Assembly (NCBI RefSeq): GCF_000446015.1 | Contig: NC_022093.1 | Span: 450,001-482,000, forward strand | Length of the DNA: 32,000 bases | Reading direction: 5' to 3' | Source of the DNA: Thermofilum adornatum | GTDB taxonomy: Archaea; Thermoproteota; Thermoprotei; Thermofilales; Thermofilaceae | Shown: in pieces, positions 1 to 8,432 of the stretch | Position numbering within the stretch: the first letter of the stretch is position 1 | How the letters are laid out: each line of letters opens with the position of its first letter | Made by a program: the position numbers and the translations under genes | Notes under the pieces: model-generated | Seen by the model: only the letters and a program-made list of their open reading frames with translations | Told to the model about the DNA's origin: nothing | The model's database searches: none

Positions 1-101
1 TTATGCGTTACCTTGGCAGCGAGTGGTTCAAGAAGAAGTCTGGCCTAAGCTTCGAAGTGAGGGCCCCGCAGAACGCCGAGAGTATACGCCTCGTATAGGG
101 G

Positions 102-635
102 CTACTTTGTTGAGAGGTTCCAGACCTCGTCTCCTAGATAGTGGAGCGTTTTTATGGCTTTTCCTTTTTGGCTGGTCTTGATTTCTTGTGAACTCATCAG
201 GGATAAGCCTATAGCTATTGTCCTGGCCTTGTCTAGTTCCTTTACGAGGACCCTTGTGTTGGGCCCGAATTCTCCCTCTATCTTTTTTATTCCTGGAACC
301 ATTACGTCTGCACCGTTTAGGATTTTTGGCACGGCGCCGGCATCAACGTATACGGAGGGGTAGCTTGGGGATAGATTAGCCTTGTAGATATAGTATAGAG
401 AGGGTATGAATCCGTCCCCTGTTACCCTGACAAATGCCAGGGTGTTGTCTAGAAAGTAGAGCTCGCTGAGCTCTGGATGTTTGACTATGGCTATTTCTAC
501 GCGTTCTGCTTCCTGTATCTTAGCGACGTAGTCTTTTCCAAGCTCCTTCTCTGCTTCTTCCTCTAGCTTCTTCCTGTCCTTCTTACTCAGAAGGTACCTC
601 GAAACTATCTTCAGTTCCTTTGGAGACTTGCTCAT
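102..635 (-). CDS. PUA domain-containing RNA-binding protein (pre-PUA + PUA, archaeal MCT-1/Tma20-like)
   Basis: This is track ORF 102..650. The codon at 650 is TTG, so the ATG at 635 is preferred. The N-terminus (RYLLSKKDRKKL) and the C-terminal PUA-like pattern (GADVMVPGI, VLVKELDKARTIAIGLSLMSSQEI) fit the family. Confidence 0.7.
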   Translation of the reverse strand: MSKSPKELKIVSRYLLSKKDRKKLEEEAEKELGKDYVAKIQEAERVEIAIVKHPELSELYFLDNTLAFVRVTGDGFIPSLYYIYKANLSPSYPSVYVDAGAVPKILNGADVMVPGIKKIEGEFGPNTRVLVKELDKARTIAIGLSLMSSQEIKTSQKGKAIKTLHYLGDEVWNLSTK

Positions 636-1173
636 AGCTTCCACCCTCAACAGTATAATAGGTTACGACGCCCTCTTTATCTACTACTGCCACGACGAGC
701 TCCCTGTCGCTTTCTAGGGCCCTTCTAAACATGTCTTCAAACTCTTCGAACCCCATCTTTGTGCCCTCCACTACGATCCTTATGAGTAAGCGGTGCACCT
801 TGTTCTTCTTTTTCCAGTCGAGGAGAAACTCGCGTGGGTTTACCCCCTGCCGGACTATAAATGACCTATTCCTCAGGTCTGCATACACGTTCAGCTTCAG
901 CCAGAAGTCGGGGTCGCCCTGGGCCGCTAGCTTTACAAGTTCGCTGAACTGGACTTCTTCCCCCTTCTCGTTTTTCACTTTGAGTAGGCCCCTGTGGAGG
1001 AGGTATGCGGCTTCAACAAGTGAAAGTTCTAGCCCGGACGTCGTCTGGAAACCGTAGCCCTTCTCGGCAAGCTTCGAAACGGCATCGCTGTCTGTAACTA
1101 TTACTTTGTCGCCTGACAGCCGGCCTTCGCCGATAATCTTCTGTGGCTCTTGCTGTGTTTTCCGTTCTTCCAC
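583..1173 (-). CDS. endA: tRNA-splicing endonuclease subunit (EndA family), possibly the non-catalytic structural subunit
   Basis: By-eye alignment to M. jannaschii EndA matches LSLVEAAYLL, VYADLRNRSFIV and VVAVVDKEGVVTYYTV. The triad His seems retained (VHRLLIRIV), but the Tyr and Lys positions look substituted. The start codon is GTG. Confidence 0.65.
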   Translation of the reverse strand: MEERKTQQEPQKIIGEGRLSGDKVIVTDSDAVSKLAEKGYGFQTTSGLELSLVEAAYLLHRGLLKVKNEKGEEVQFSELVKLAAQGDPDFWLKLNVYADLRNRSFIVRQGVNPREFLLDWKKKNKVHRLLIRIVVEGTKMGFEEFEDMFRRALESDRELVVAVVDKEGVVTYYTVEGGSYEQVSKGTEDSFEVPSE

Positions 1174-1193
1174 GCGTTATTTTGACCATCGTA

Positions 1194-1204
1194 CAATATA
1201 AAAG
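1194..1204 (-). promoter_or_regulatory. TATA-box-like element (CTTTTATATTG on the minus strand) about 26 nt upstream of the endA start; may also serve divergent moaB
   Basis: An AT-rich octamer lies in the 65-bp divergent intergenic region. The spacing fits a leaderless archaeal transcript. Confidence 0.35.
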
Positions 1205-1238
1205 TTCTTGCCGCATAGTTAAGACTGGTGAATAATCG

Positions 1239-1784
1239 ATGCCGCACCATACCCATTCTGGGATGCATGAGCACAAAGCCAAGGCCCTGAAAAACCTCAG
1301 GTATGCTTTTGTCACGGTCAGCACGTCGCGCTTCGAGGCAAAGCTTGGAGAAAAAACCATACCCGACGAGTCCATAGAAGTAGCTAAAAAGCTCATAGAG
1401 GCAAACGGCGACACGCTTGTAGAATACGTTTTGATTCCCGACAACCCGCGGCTCTTGCTTGAAGCATTCCTGGAGCTTGCAGTCAGGGAGGATATAGACG
1501 TGATTGTGTTTAGTGGCGGGACGGGGCCCGCGCCCAGCGATGTAACGATCCAGACGCTTGGACAAGTCCTCGAGAAAACCCTGACTGGTTTTGGGGACGT
1601 CTTTAGATATCTTAGCTACAACGAGATAGGGCCTCCAGCCTTCCTAACAAACAGTGTTGCCGGCATCTTTTCTGGCAAGCTCGTGTTCCTCTTGCCTGGC
1701 TCGCCGAACGCAGTGAAACTTGCATTGGAGAAACTTATATTGCCCGAAAGCGGGCATATCCTGTCGCTGGCTAGGGGTAAGTAG
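1239..1784 (+). CDS. moaB: molybdenum cofactor biosynthesis protein B (MogA/MoaB family)
   Basis: The motifs VIVFSGGTGPAPSDVT and LLPGSPNAV are present. The gene is adjacent to moaC with a 2-nt gap. Confidence 0.85.
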   Translation: MPHHTHSGMHEHKAKALKNLRYAFVTVSTSRFEAKLGEKTIPDESIEVAKKLIEANGDTLVEYVLIPDNPRLLLEAFLELAVREDIDVIVFSGGTGPAPSDVTIQTLGQVLEKTLTGFGDVFRYLSYNEIGPPAFLTNSVAGIFSGKLVFLLPGSPNAVKLALEKLILPESGHILSLARGK

Positions 1785-1786
1785 CT

Positions 1787-2242
1787 ATGTCTGAAGCCGG
1801 GAAAGTGAGAATGGTCGATATAACTGGGAAAGAGGAGGTCTACCGTGAGGCTACGGCTGTTGGAGCTATAAAGCTACGCAGGGAGACAATCGAGAAGATT
1901 AGAGGGGGCGAGGTCCCAAAGGGCGACGTTGTCTCCGTGGCTAAGACCGCGGCTATTCTTGCCGTTAAACGTACGTGGGAAATTATACCCCTATGTCACC
2001 CTATTCCAATAACATCTGTACAGGTTGACGTGGAGTTGCTTGACGAAGAGGCAAAGGTCACTGTGAACGTGAAGACAACTGCCAGGACAGGCGTAGAGAT
2101 GGAGGCCCTTACGGGTGTCAGCGTGGCCCTTCTCACGATTTGGGACATGGTTAAAGCCCTCGAAAAGGATGAGCGCGGCCAATACCCGCAGACAGAAATA
2201 AGGTCGATAAGAGTAATTGAAAAGGTAAAGAAAAAGGAGTAA
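1787..2242 (+). CDS. moaC: cyclic pyranopterin monophosphate synthase MoaC
   Basis: IIPLCHPIPIT and GVEMEALTGVSVALLTIWDM are typical MoaC motifs. Length is 151 aa. Confidence 0.9.
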   Translation: MSEAGKVRMVDITGKEEVYREATAVGAIKLRRETIEKIRGGEVPKGDVVSVAKTAAILAVKRTWEIIPLCHPIPITSVQVDVELLDEEAKVTVNVKTTARTGVEMEALTGVSVALLTIWDMVKALEKDERGQYPQTEIRSIRVIEKVKKKE

Positions 2243-2252
2243 CAAAATTTAG

Positions 2253-2723
2253 CTATCTTTCTTTCCTGGGAACCCTTTTCGAGTCCCCAATTATCCAGTA
2301 GTCGCCGTCCTCCCTCTTTTCGAGCTTCCAGACGTATGCCTCATGCTTAACCCGTTCAAGCACCGTGTATAGCCCATTCACGGCTTCTTTTCTCGACACA
2401 GAGGCTACAGCTATAAAGAGAACGGGCTCGCCTGGGAACGCTTCGCCCTTCTTGTGGTAAATCATTATCCCGAGGAGGCCGTTCTTTTCGAGCTCCTCGC
2501 GGGCTATTTTTTCTAGGCTCTGAGTGGAGTATGGCTCGGCGGCTTCATATACAAGGCTGTTGACCTTTTTACCCTCCATATTGCCCTTGATGCGCCCTGT
2601 AAATATCGTTACTGCTCCAGCCTCTCTGCCCAGTGAACCTAGAAAATCGCCGAGTAGCTGGGCTGGCTCAATTTTTTCGACGAACCCCACCCGAATGAAG
2701 CCTTTCTGTGCCATTTTATCCAC
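2253..2723 (-). CDS. moaE: molybdopterin synthase catalytic subunit MoaE
   Basis: The length is MoaE-like and the pattern (VTIFTGRIKG, HEAYVWKLE) fits. It overlaps the upstream moaD by 8 nt. Confidence 0.8.
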   Translation of the reverse strand: MDKMAQKGFIRVGFVEKIEPAQLLGDFLGSLGREAGAVTIFTGRIKGNMEGKKVNSLVYEAAEPYSTQSLEKIAREELEKNGLLGIMIYHKKGEAFPGEPVLFIAVASVSRKEAVNGLYTVLERVKHEAYVWKLEKREDGDYWIIGDSKRVPRKER

Positions 2724-2970
2724 CAGATACTGGGGGCGCTATAATTATTTGGCTTTCGTCTGGAAGGTACTCGTCGGGGTCTAGGCGTTTACCGTTTACG
2801 AGCACCAGGAGCTCTTCGACGGGGGATTCTTCCATGCGATACTTCTCGTACAGGAGCTGTAGAAGCTCTCTGAGTGTAGCCTTCTCTTTATCTAGGACAA
2901 TCACTTCTTGGTCCTTGCCTACTTGGTCCCTGACGACCGAGACATATTTTACGTATAGCTTCAGGGGCAT
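2716..2970 (-). CDS. moaD: MoaD/ThiS-family small sulfur carrier protein (C-terminal Gly-Gly)
   Basis: The protein is 84 aa and ends in APPVSGG. It is translationally coupled to moaE. Confidence 0.8.
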   Translation of the reverse strand: MPLKLYVKYVSVVRDQVGKDQEVIVLDKEKATLRELLQLLYEKYRMEESPVEELLVLVNGKRLDPDEYLPDESQIIIAPPVSGG

Positions 2971-2975
2971 CTGGG

Positions 2976-4181
2976 CTACGCCTTTAGGAATTCCACCATG
3001 AACTTTCGGAAGAACTCTATGTCTTCTAGATACACGAATTCGCCCTCACTGTGGATGTTTGTCCCTTCACGTATTGTTCCAAAAGCAATCACGTCCATTC
3101 CGTACTCGTCGAAGAAGGAGCCGTCGTTTCCGCCCAGCTCTGCCGCTATCCCGATATTGCCTCCTCTAGCCTTGCTGGCCGCAGTGACGACTTTCTGCAC
3201 GAAGGCCTGGTTTTTCGAGTACCAGCCTTTTTGTTTCCCGAGGATCGTTGTCTCAAGTGTTACTCCATGCTTCATGGCTATAGAGGAAATCGTGCTGAGG
3301 AGCCCGCGTATAGCCTCTTCCAGGTCCTCCTCCGGCAAAAGCCTCATGTCGAAGCCGGCCCACGCCTCTCCCGGTATACGGTTGTGCTTCTCTGGCTCAG
3401 AGGGCGGAAGCTTCACAATATTAATTGTGAACCTCCCCCAGACATACGGCACTGGGCTTCCAGGAGGAGACGGAAACCTAGAAATCTTCGAGCCGCGGAC
3501 AGCCTTGAACTCCATGAGGTCTCCGAGTACCCTTACCAGGTTCTCGGCCGCGTTGCTCGCTGTGTGCGGGTAGCCCGCGTGTCCAGACCTTCCTTTGACC
3601 TTTATCCATCCCTCCACGACGCCGGACGCGCCTACAGAGACGTACTCTGAGCCCGAATCCACTATGACCACGTGATCCCATCTAGCACCACTCTCGAGGA
3701 GCCTCCTGATACCTGTCCCTCCAACCTCCTCGTCGCCCGTAACGATGACTACGGGGTTGTATGCGAGCTCCGCGCCCGACTCTTTTAGATCCACAAGCCC
3801 AGCGATCGACGCGACGATGCCGGACTTGTCGTCTGCCGCGCCCCGGCCGTACAGCTTTCCATCTCTGACTATGGGCGTGTATGGGTCGATCTCTTCGCCG
3901 TCTATCTTCCAGGGCCCCTTTGCCGGCACAACGTCGTAGTGGGAAACAAAGGCTACAGAGGGCTTGCTCTTTGGAGGATTAGGGAGGGTAATTATCAGTG
4001 TTGGTATTTCTCCTCCCTCCAGGTCTATTCTCTCAACCTTTAAACCGTTCGACTCGGCTATGCGGGCAACAGCGTCCGCGGCCTCGCGGTAATGCTTCCT
4101 GACCAACTTGTTCTCTACGTAGTAGACCTCTGAGGGGATTTTTACAAGCTCACTTAGCGCCTGGACAATGTCTAAAGGCAT
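2976..4181 (-). CDS. M20 family metallopeptidase (ArgE/DapE/carboxypeptidase-like)
   Basis: The metal-binding motifs SHYDVVP, GRGAADDKSG and VTGDEEVGG are present. Substrate cannot be assigned. Confidence 0.75.
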   Translation of the reverse strand: MPLDIVQALSELVKIPSEVYYVENKLVRKHYREAADAVARIAESNGLKVERIDLEGGEIPTLIITLPNPPKSKPSVAFVSHYDVVPAKGPWKIDGEEIDPYTPIVRDGKLYGRGAADDKSGIVASIAGLVDLKESGAELAYNPVVIVTGDEEVGGTGIRRLLESGARWDHVVIVDSGSEYVSVGASGVVEGWIKVKGRSGHAGYPHTASNAAENLVRVLGDLMEFKAVRGSKISRFPSPPGSPVPYVWGRFTINIVKLPPSEPEKHNRIPGEAWAGFDMRLLPEEDLEEAIRGLLSTISSIAMKHGVTLETTILGKQKGWYSKNQAFVQKVVTAASKARGGNIGIAAELGGNDGSFFDEYGMDVIAFGTIREGTNIHSEGEFVYLEDIEFFRKFMVEFLKA

Positions 4182-4233
4182 AAACAGTCAACCTAACTAT
4201 GTTTTATCTTGAATTTAAAGGTTATTTTAGGTG

Positions 4234-5121
4234 CTACACCATCTGTTCAAGCAGTTCCTTGAGGCCCCTCGCCACGGAAGGCGCGACAGAGACCTTCGAG
4301 ACGGGCGATGGAACAGTGTCTGTGGCTACCACTTCCTCTATGCCCGCGTAGTACAGCTTGTCGAGCGCCCCCTGAACCATGACCGCGTGGGTGCAGACGG
4401 CCTTCACGCTTTTTGCTCCCGAGCCCAGCACGTTTTTCGCGGCCAAGGCCATGGTTCCACCCGTACTTATAATGTCGTCAACAATGATTACGTCCTTGCC
4501 AGCTACCTCTAGGCTCTTCGGATAAATCTTCACTTCGCCTGTGACTCTGTCCCTCTCCTTCACTAGGTAGTCGAACTCCGCGCCCAGGTGCTCTGCAACA
4601 CTCTTTGCACGCTCCAATGCGCCCATGTCCGGGGCCAAGACAAGTGGATTAGAGACTTTCCCCTTGAAGTAGCCTGCAATCTCTTCGGCTGGCAAGACGT
4701 TTATAGACGGGACGCTGAGGTATTCGCCTAGCACACGGGGCTGGTGGAGGTCGACAGTGACAAGGCCGGACAGCCCGAGAGCCTCCAGCGACTTCAAGAC
4801 AGCCTTGACACTTATCGGCTCCCCTTCCAGGAAACGCTTATCCTGCCTAGCGAATGCCAGATACGGCACAACAGCAATTATACTGCCCTCCGCGTATGCA
4901 GAGAGGGCCTCCACCGAGAATAACAGCTCTAAGAACCTTTTCTCTTGGCTAGGATACATTGATGAGACAAGTATGGCTACGCCCCTAGGCTTCGAGGGAA
5001 CCCTCACATAGACCTCGCCGTCGGGAAAAGTCTTCTTCTCCAAGAACACGAGTTCATCTCCAAGATGTCTAGCCACCTGGGCAGCAATCCCGTTCGATGC
5101 TTCCAGAGAATATACCGTCAT
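4234..5121 (-). CDS. prs: ribose-phosphate pyrophosphokinase
   Basis: The PRPP-binding loop DVIIVDDIISTGGTM is present. The N-terminal Prs domain pattern and the 295-aa length also fit. Confidence 0.9.
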   Translation of the reverse strand: MTVYSLEASNGIAAQVARHLGDELVFLEKKTFPDGEVYVRVPSKPRGVAILVSSMYPSQEKRFLELLFSVEALSAYAEGSIIAVVPYLAFARQDKRFLEGEPISVKAVLKSLEALGLSGLVTVDLHQPRVLGEYLSVPSINVLPAEEIAGYFKGKVSNPLVLAPDMGALERAKSVAEHLGAEFDYLVKERDRVTGEVKIYPKSLEVAGKDVIIVDDIISTGGTMALAAKNVLGSGAKSVKAVCTHAVMVQGALDKLYYAGIEEVVATDTVPSPVSKVSVAPSVARGLKELLEQMV

Positions 5122-5242
5122 CCCGAGAAATACCTACGCAGAAATAAAAATCTTTGCATGAGAAAAAAATGGAAAACCCGAAAGTACCATGAAAAAATGC
5201 ATGCACAGCAAAAAAGACATATCAGCCGCCAGCAAAGTTGAC

Positions 5243-5591
5243 CTTTCAATTCATTCGTTTCTGATACAAAACTCGAAAGATTTTAGCATTGCTTGGACAG
5301 ATTAAAAGCTTTCAATTCATTCGTTTCTGATACTTAGACTCTCTGTATCTGTATTATCGACCGAGAAGGTCCCCCTTTCAATTCATTCGTTTCTGATACA
5401 CTACTTCGAGCTCAGTGAGGTTCACGACATCCCTGAGCTCTTTCAATTCATTCGTTTCTGATACAGGGTGGTGGACGAATGAAGCTCACGGTTTGGTACG
5501 AGGACCTTTCAATTCATTCTTTTTTGATACAAATAAAACACGAAATAAGGGAACAAATCAAGGACACTTTCAATTCATTCTTTTTTGATAC
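5243..5591 (-). CRISPR. CRISPR array 1: 6 x 25-nt repeats and 5 spacers (36-41 nt)
   Basis: Repeats start at 5243, 5309, 5375, 5440, 5506 and 5567. The plus-strand repeat is CTTTCAATTCATTCGTTTCTGATAC, which on the minus strand reads GTATCAGAAACGAATGAATTGAAAG. It ends in the ATTGAAAG archaeal crRNA 5'-handle sequence, so minus-strand transcription is inferred. The last two repeats share two substitutions. Confidence 0.95.
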
Positions 5592-5800
5592 TGTTTCCTT
5601 GGGGTTTATTTTGTTGGGGTGTTATTTATTTGTTTTGGTGTTGGGTGAAAGTGTTTTTGTGTAAGTGTTTCTCGTTAAGTACATTAATTTTGTTTTATTT
5701 TTCCTCGTTGTTGCATGTAAATGATATGGAACGGGAAGAGGGTCTAGGGAAGAGTGTATTTTACAAAAAGGCTTCTTCCCGTAAAGCGTTAAAGTTTCCC
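5592..5800 (-). promoter_or_regulatory. putative CRISPR leader for array 1 (right-hand flank; extent uncertain)
   Basis: A 472-bp non-coding, T/G-rich region lies between the array and the hypF stop. It shares the short motifs GGGGTTTAT and TTCCCGTAAA with the right flank of array 2. Confidence 0.4.
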
Positions 5801-6063
5801 GTGGAAAACGTTTCTACAGAGATTTCCAGGGGAACCATTTCCTCCCAACCCGTATCACAATGGAGAAATCTCTGTTTTTCACTTTCGTATATTTTTAATT
5901 TTGGAGCGAGGGGTTTTTCCTGGTTTTCCGAAACGCTTGTGTGGTCGTTATGGATGTACAGCTTTGTGTGGTGTAGGCTTATTGTCGGGTAGCGGGTACG
6001 TGGAGGAACGTAGAGGTGCATTAATTCTTTCTGAGCCGCATCTATGCAAAGCTCTATGTGTGG

Positions 6064-8328
6064 TTAGATGTAGCCCTGAAGGTAGGCGTAGTAGATTTGT
6101 CCGGCGGATATGGAGTTGTCTCCGGGAGGCAGCTTTTTGGGGAGAATGGTGTTTTCCTTGCCAAAGATGGCTCTTATGCCCTTAACTATTGGGGTGTTGA
6201 CTGCGGCGCCTCCGGACACGAGTATTTTCTTGGCGCCTTTTTCGCGGGCAATTTCTGCTAGTCGTTTTCCGAGGAGGAACTGGACTGTGTAGGCCAGGTC
6301 ACGTGGGCTGTGTCTGAGCTCGCCTTGTAGCAGTTTCAGGAGGAAATCGTATGTCTTGACTGTGTCTCCCTCGGCATCTAGGAGGCTGTCTGATATGATG
6401 TTTCCCCCATAGCTGTATTCTTCTAGTGTTATTGCTGGCTCCCCCTCGTAGTTTCTTTTCCAGGATACGCCTAGCGCTGTTGAGACTGCGTCGAGGAAGC
6501 GACCCGCACTGCTTGACATTGGCGAGCCGCTTGTCTGCCTGGCGGCGAGCCGGGCCTCGCTTAGCCCTCCTGGGAGGTATCTTTGTAGCCCGTTGGACTG
6601 GAATATTTTTAGTGCTTCTTCTTCTCCAAGTGCCCGTGTTAGGGTTCCAATGAGTATCCTTGCTGGGTAGACTGTAGCCATGTCTCCTCCGGGCATTGGT
6701 AGGTAGTCTAGGTGTCCGAGCCTTTCGTATCCCTGGCCGACGTATAGTACTTCTCCTCCCCATATCTGGCCGTCGTCTCCGTACCCGACGCCGTCTATTG
6801 CGATGCCGTACTCCTCTGTGGAGGCTGTTTCAAGCATGACCGCCGAGACGTGGGCCACGTGGTGCTGGACTTCGACCAGGTTGTTGGAGCATTTTGACGC
6901 TATTTCTTCGGCTACGAGCCTCGAGGGGTAGGCTGGGTGTTTGTCTGTCACGACTATGGCGTCGCACTCTTTTATGCCGTATGTCTTGATGAGGAAGCTC
7001 AAGGCTTCCCTCAGGAACTCGAGGGTCTCCAGGTTTTCGAGGTCTCCTATGTGCTGTGTGGGGATAACGTATTTTTCTACGGCTACGCTGCCTGTATTCA
7101 TTAGGAATGCGCCAGTAGCTATGGCGGGGCTCTTGATGCTTCTTGGAAGAATGATCCAGCGAGGCGCGTATCCACGGCTTCTCCTTATCATTACTGGCTC
7201 GCCGTCTGTAAATCTGACTACGCTGTCGTCTGCCCTGTTGACTATCCTCCTGTTATGCATCAGGAAATAGTCTGCCACCTTTCCGAGCTTTCTTAGCGCC
7301 TCGTCGTTGTCCTTGATTATGGGTTCTCCGCTCTCGTTTCCGCTGGTCATGACTAGGAACTTGTCTCTTGTATCCATGAGGAGGAGATAGTGTAGGGCAG
7401 TGTAGGGAAGCATGACCCCGACGGTCTTTAGGTTTGGGGCTACAAGCTCGGAAACCGCCCCGGGCTTTCTTGGGAGTATCACGATGGGCCTGGCTGGGCT
7501 TGTCAGGAGTTCTCGTGCACTGTCGTCTACTTCCGCTATTTTCTCGGCGACTTCTAGGCTTAGGGCCATCAATGCAAAGGGCTTTGTCGGGCGCTTTTTG
7601 TGTCTGCGTAGCTTCTCTAGTACGCTGTCTTCTGTGGCTAGGCAGGCCAGGTGGAAGCCGCCTATCCCCTTTACAGCTACGATGTAGCCCTCGTTTATTA
7701 GCCTTGCCGCTTCACGTATCGGGTCTTCGGCTTCTAGCTGTTTTCCAGTGGGGTCGACTAGGAAAACCTTGGGGCCGCACTTGGGGCACGATATTCCCTG
7801 TATGTGGAACCTACGCAGATTGTTGGGGTCTCTGTATTCTTTTTGGCACTCTTCGCAGAGTGGGAAGTCTCTCATCGAGGTGTTTTCTCGGTCGTAGGGG
7901 ATCTTCTCGATCACTGTGAATCTGGGTCCACACCATGCACAGCTATGGAATGGGTACCTGTACCACCTGGAGGACGGGTCGAGGACTTCTCTCAAGCATT
8001 CTTCACATATTCCGAAGTCTGGCGGGATCATTGAAAGCTTCGTGATTGTTGTGCCGCTTTTGAGTATGATGAAGTCCTTGTAGCCTTTTGGGGCTTCGGC
8101 TTGAATGTGGATCTCTTCTATCTCTGCCGAGCGGGGCGTCTTGTTCTTCAGGTCGTATAGGAAGTCTTCTATCTGTTTAGGGTCTCCCTCTACCCATATC
8201 TCTACCTCGCTCCCGCCCAGGTTTAGGACATAGCCCTTTAGGCCGTGTCTTACAGCTAGCCTGTAGACGTGGGGCCGGAAACCCACGCCTTGGACAATCC
8301 CGGCAACCCTTACACGTAAAGCCTGCAT
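6064..8328 (-). CDS. hypF: [NiFe]-hydrogenase maturation carbamoyltransferase HypF
   Basis: An acylphosphatase domain (VRVAGIVQGVGFRPHVY) is present. Two zinc-finger pairs follow (CEECLREV..CAWCGPRF and CEECQKEY..CPKCGPK), and the C-terminal half is YrdC-like plus Kae1-like. The ATG at 8328 (MQALRVRV) is preferred over the track start at 8424. Confidence 0.9.
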   Translation of the reverse strand: MQALRVRVAGIVQGVGFRPHVYRLAVRHGLKGYVLNLGGSEVEIWVEGDPKQIEDFLYDLKNKTPRSAEIEEIHIQAEAPKGYKDFIILKSGTTITKLSMIPPDFGICEECLREVLDPSSRWYRYPFHSCAWCGPRFTVIEKIPYDRENTSMRDFPLCEECQKEYRDPNNLRRFHIQGISCPKCGPKVFLVDPTGKQLEAEDPIREAARLINEGYIVAVKGIGGFHLACLATEDSVLEKLRRHKKRPTKPFALMALSLEVAEKIAEVDDSARELLTSPARPIVILPRKPGAVSELVAPNLKTVGVMLPYTALHYLLLMDTRDKFLVMTSGNESGEPIIKDNDEALRKLGKVADYFLMHNRRIVNRADDSVVRFTDGEPVMIRRSRGYAPRWIILPRSIKSPAIATGAFLMNTGSVAVEKYVIPTQHIGDLENLETLEFLREALSFLIKTYGIKECDAIVVTDKHPAYPSRLVAEEIASKCSNNLVEVQHHVAHVSAVMLETASTEEYGIAIDGVGYGDDGQIWGGEVLYVGQGYERLGHLDYLPMPGGDMATVYPARILIGTLTRALGEEEALKIFQSNGLQRYLPGGLSEARLAARQTSGSPMSSSAGRFLDAVSTALGVSWKRNYEGEPAITLEEYSYGGNIISDSLLDAEGDTVKTYDFLLKLLQGELRHSPRDLAYTVQFLLGKRLAEIAREKGAKKILVSGGAAVNTPIVKGIRAIFGKENTILPKKLPPGDNSISAGQIYYAYLQGYI

Positions 8329-8432
8329 TGTGCTTAGCCTACACATGGGCAACAAAAAAGGTTTTTCGATCTTGGAAAAGCCGGGCATGACTCTGCAAAA
8401 AACATATCTTTGTTTTTGGCCCAATTTTCTTT

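Noticed and set aside
1-98. An open frame enters from the left edge and ends at TAG 96-98 (...YLGSEWFKKKSGLSFEVRAPQNAESIRLV).
   Set aside because: It may be the 3' end of a gene convergent with the PUA gene. Only 32 codons are visible, a second frame is also open here, and no family can be assigned. I therefore did not report it as a feature.
5692-5716. TTTTATTTTTCCTCGTTGTTGCATG in the array 1 flank matches the array 2 repeat at 15 of 25 positions.
   Set aside because: The match is driven by T-richness plus the heptamer GTTGCAT. No spacer-like periodicity surrounds it.
5479-6021. Track ORFs 5479..5664, 5585..5992 and 5761..6021 lie over array 1 and its flank.
   Set aside because: The first two start inside CRISPR repeats or spacers and run through low-complexity T/G-rich DNA. 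None shows a protein-like composition or a recognisable motif.
6299-7919. Long alternative-frame ORFs lie inside hypF (6299..6763 on the same strand, 7434..7919 antisense), with similar ones inside valS, the helicase, pyk and nrdD.
   Set aside because: Their compositions are Arg/Pro/Ser/Gly-rich, typical of off-frame translation of a real gene. Each overlapped gene carries strong family motifs.
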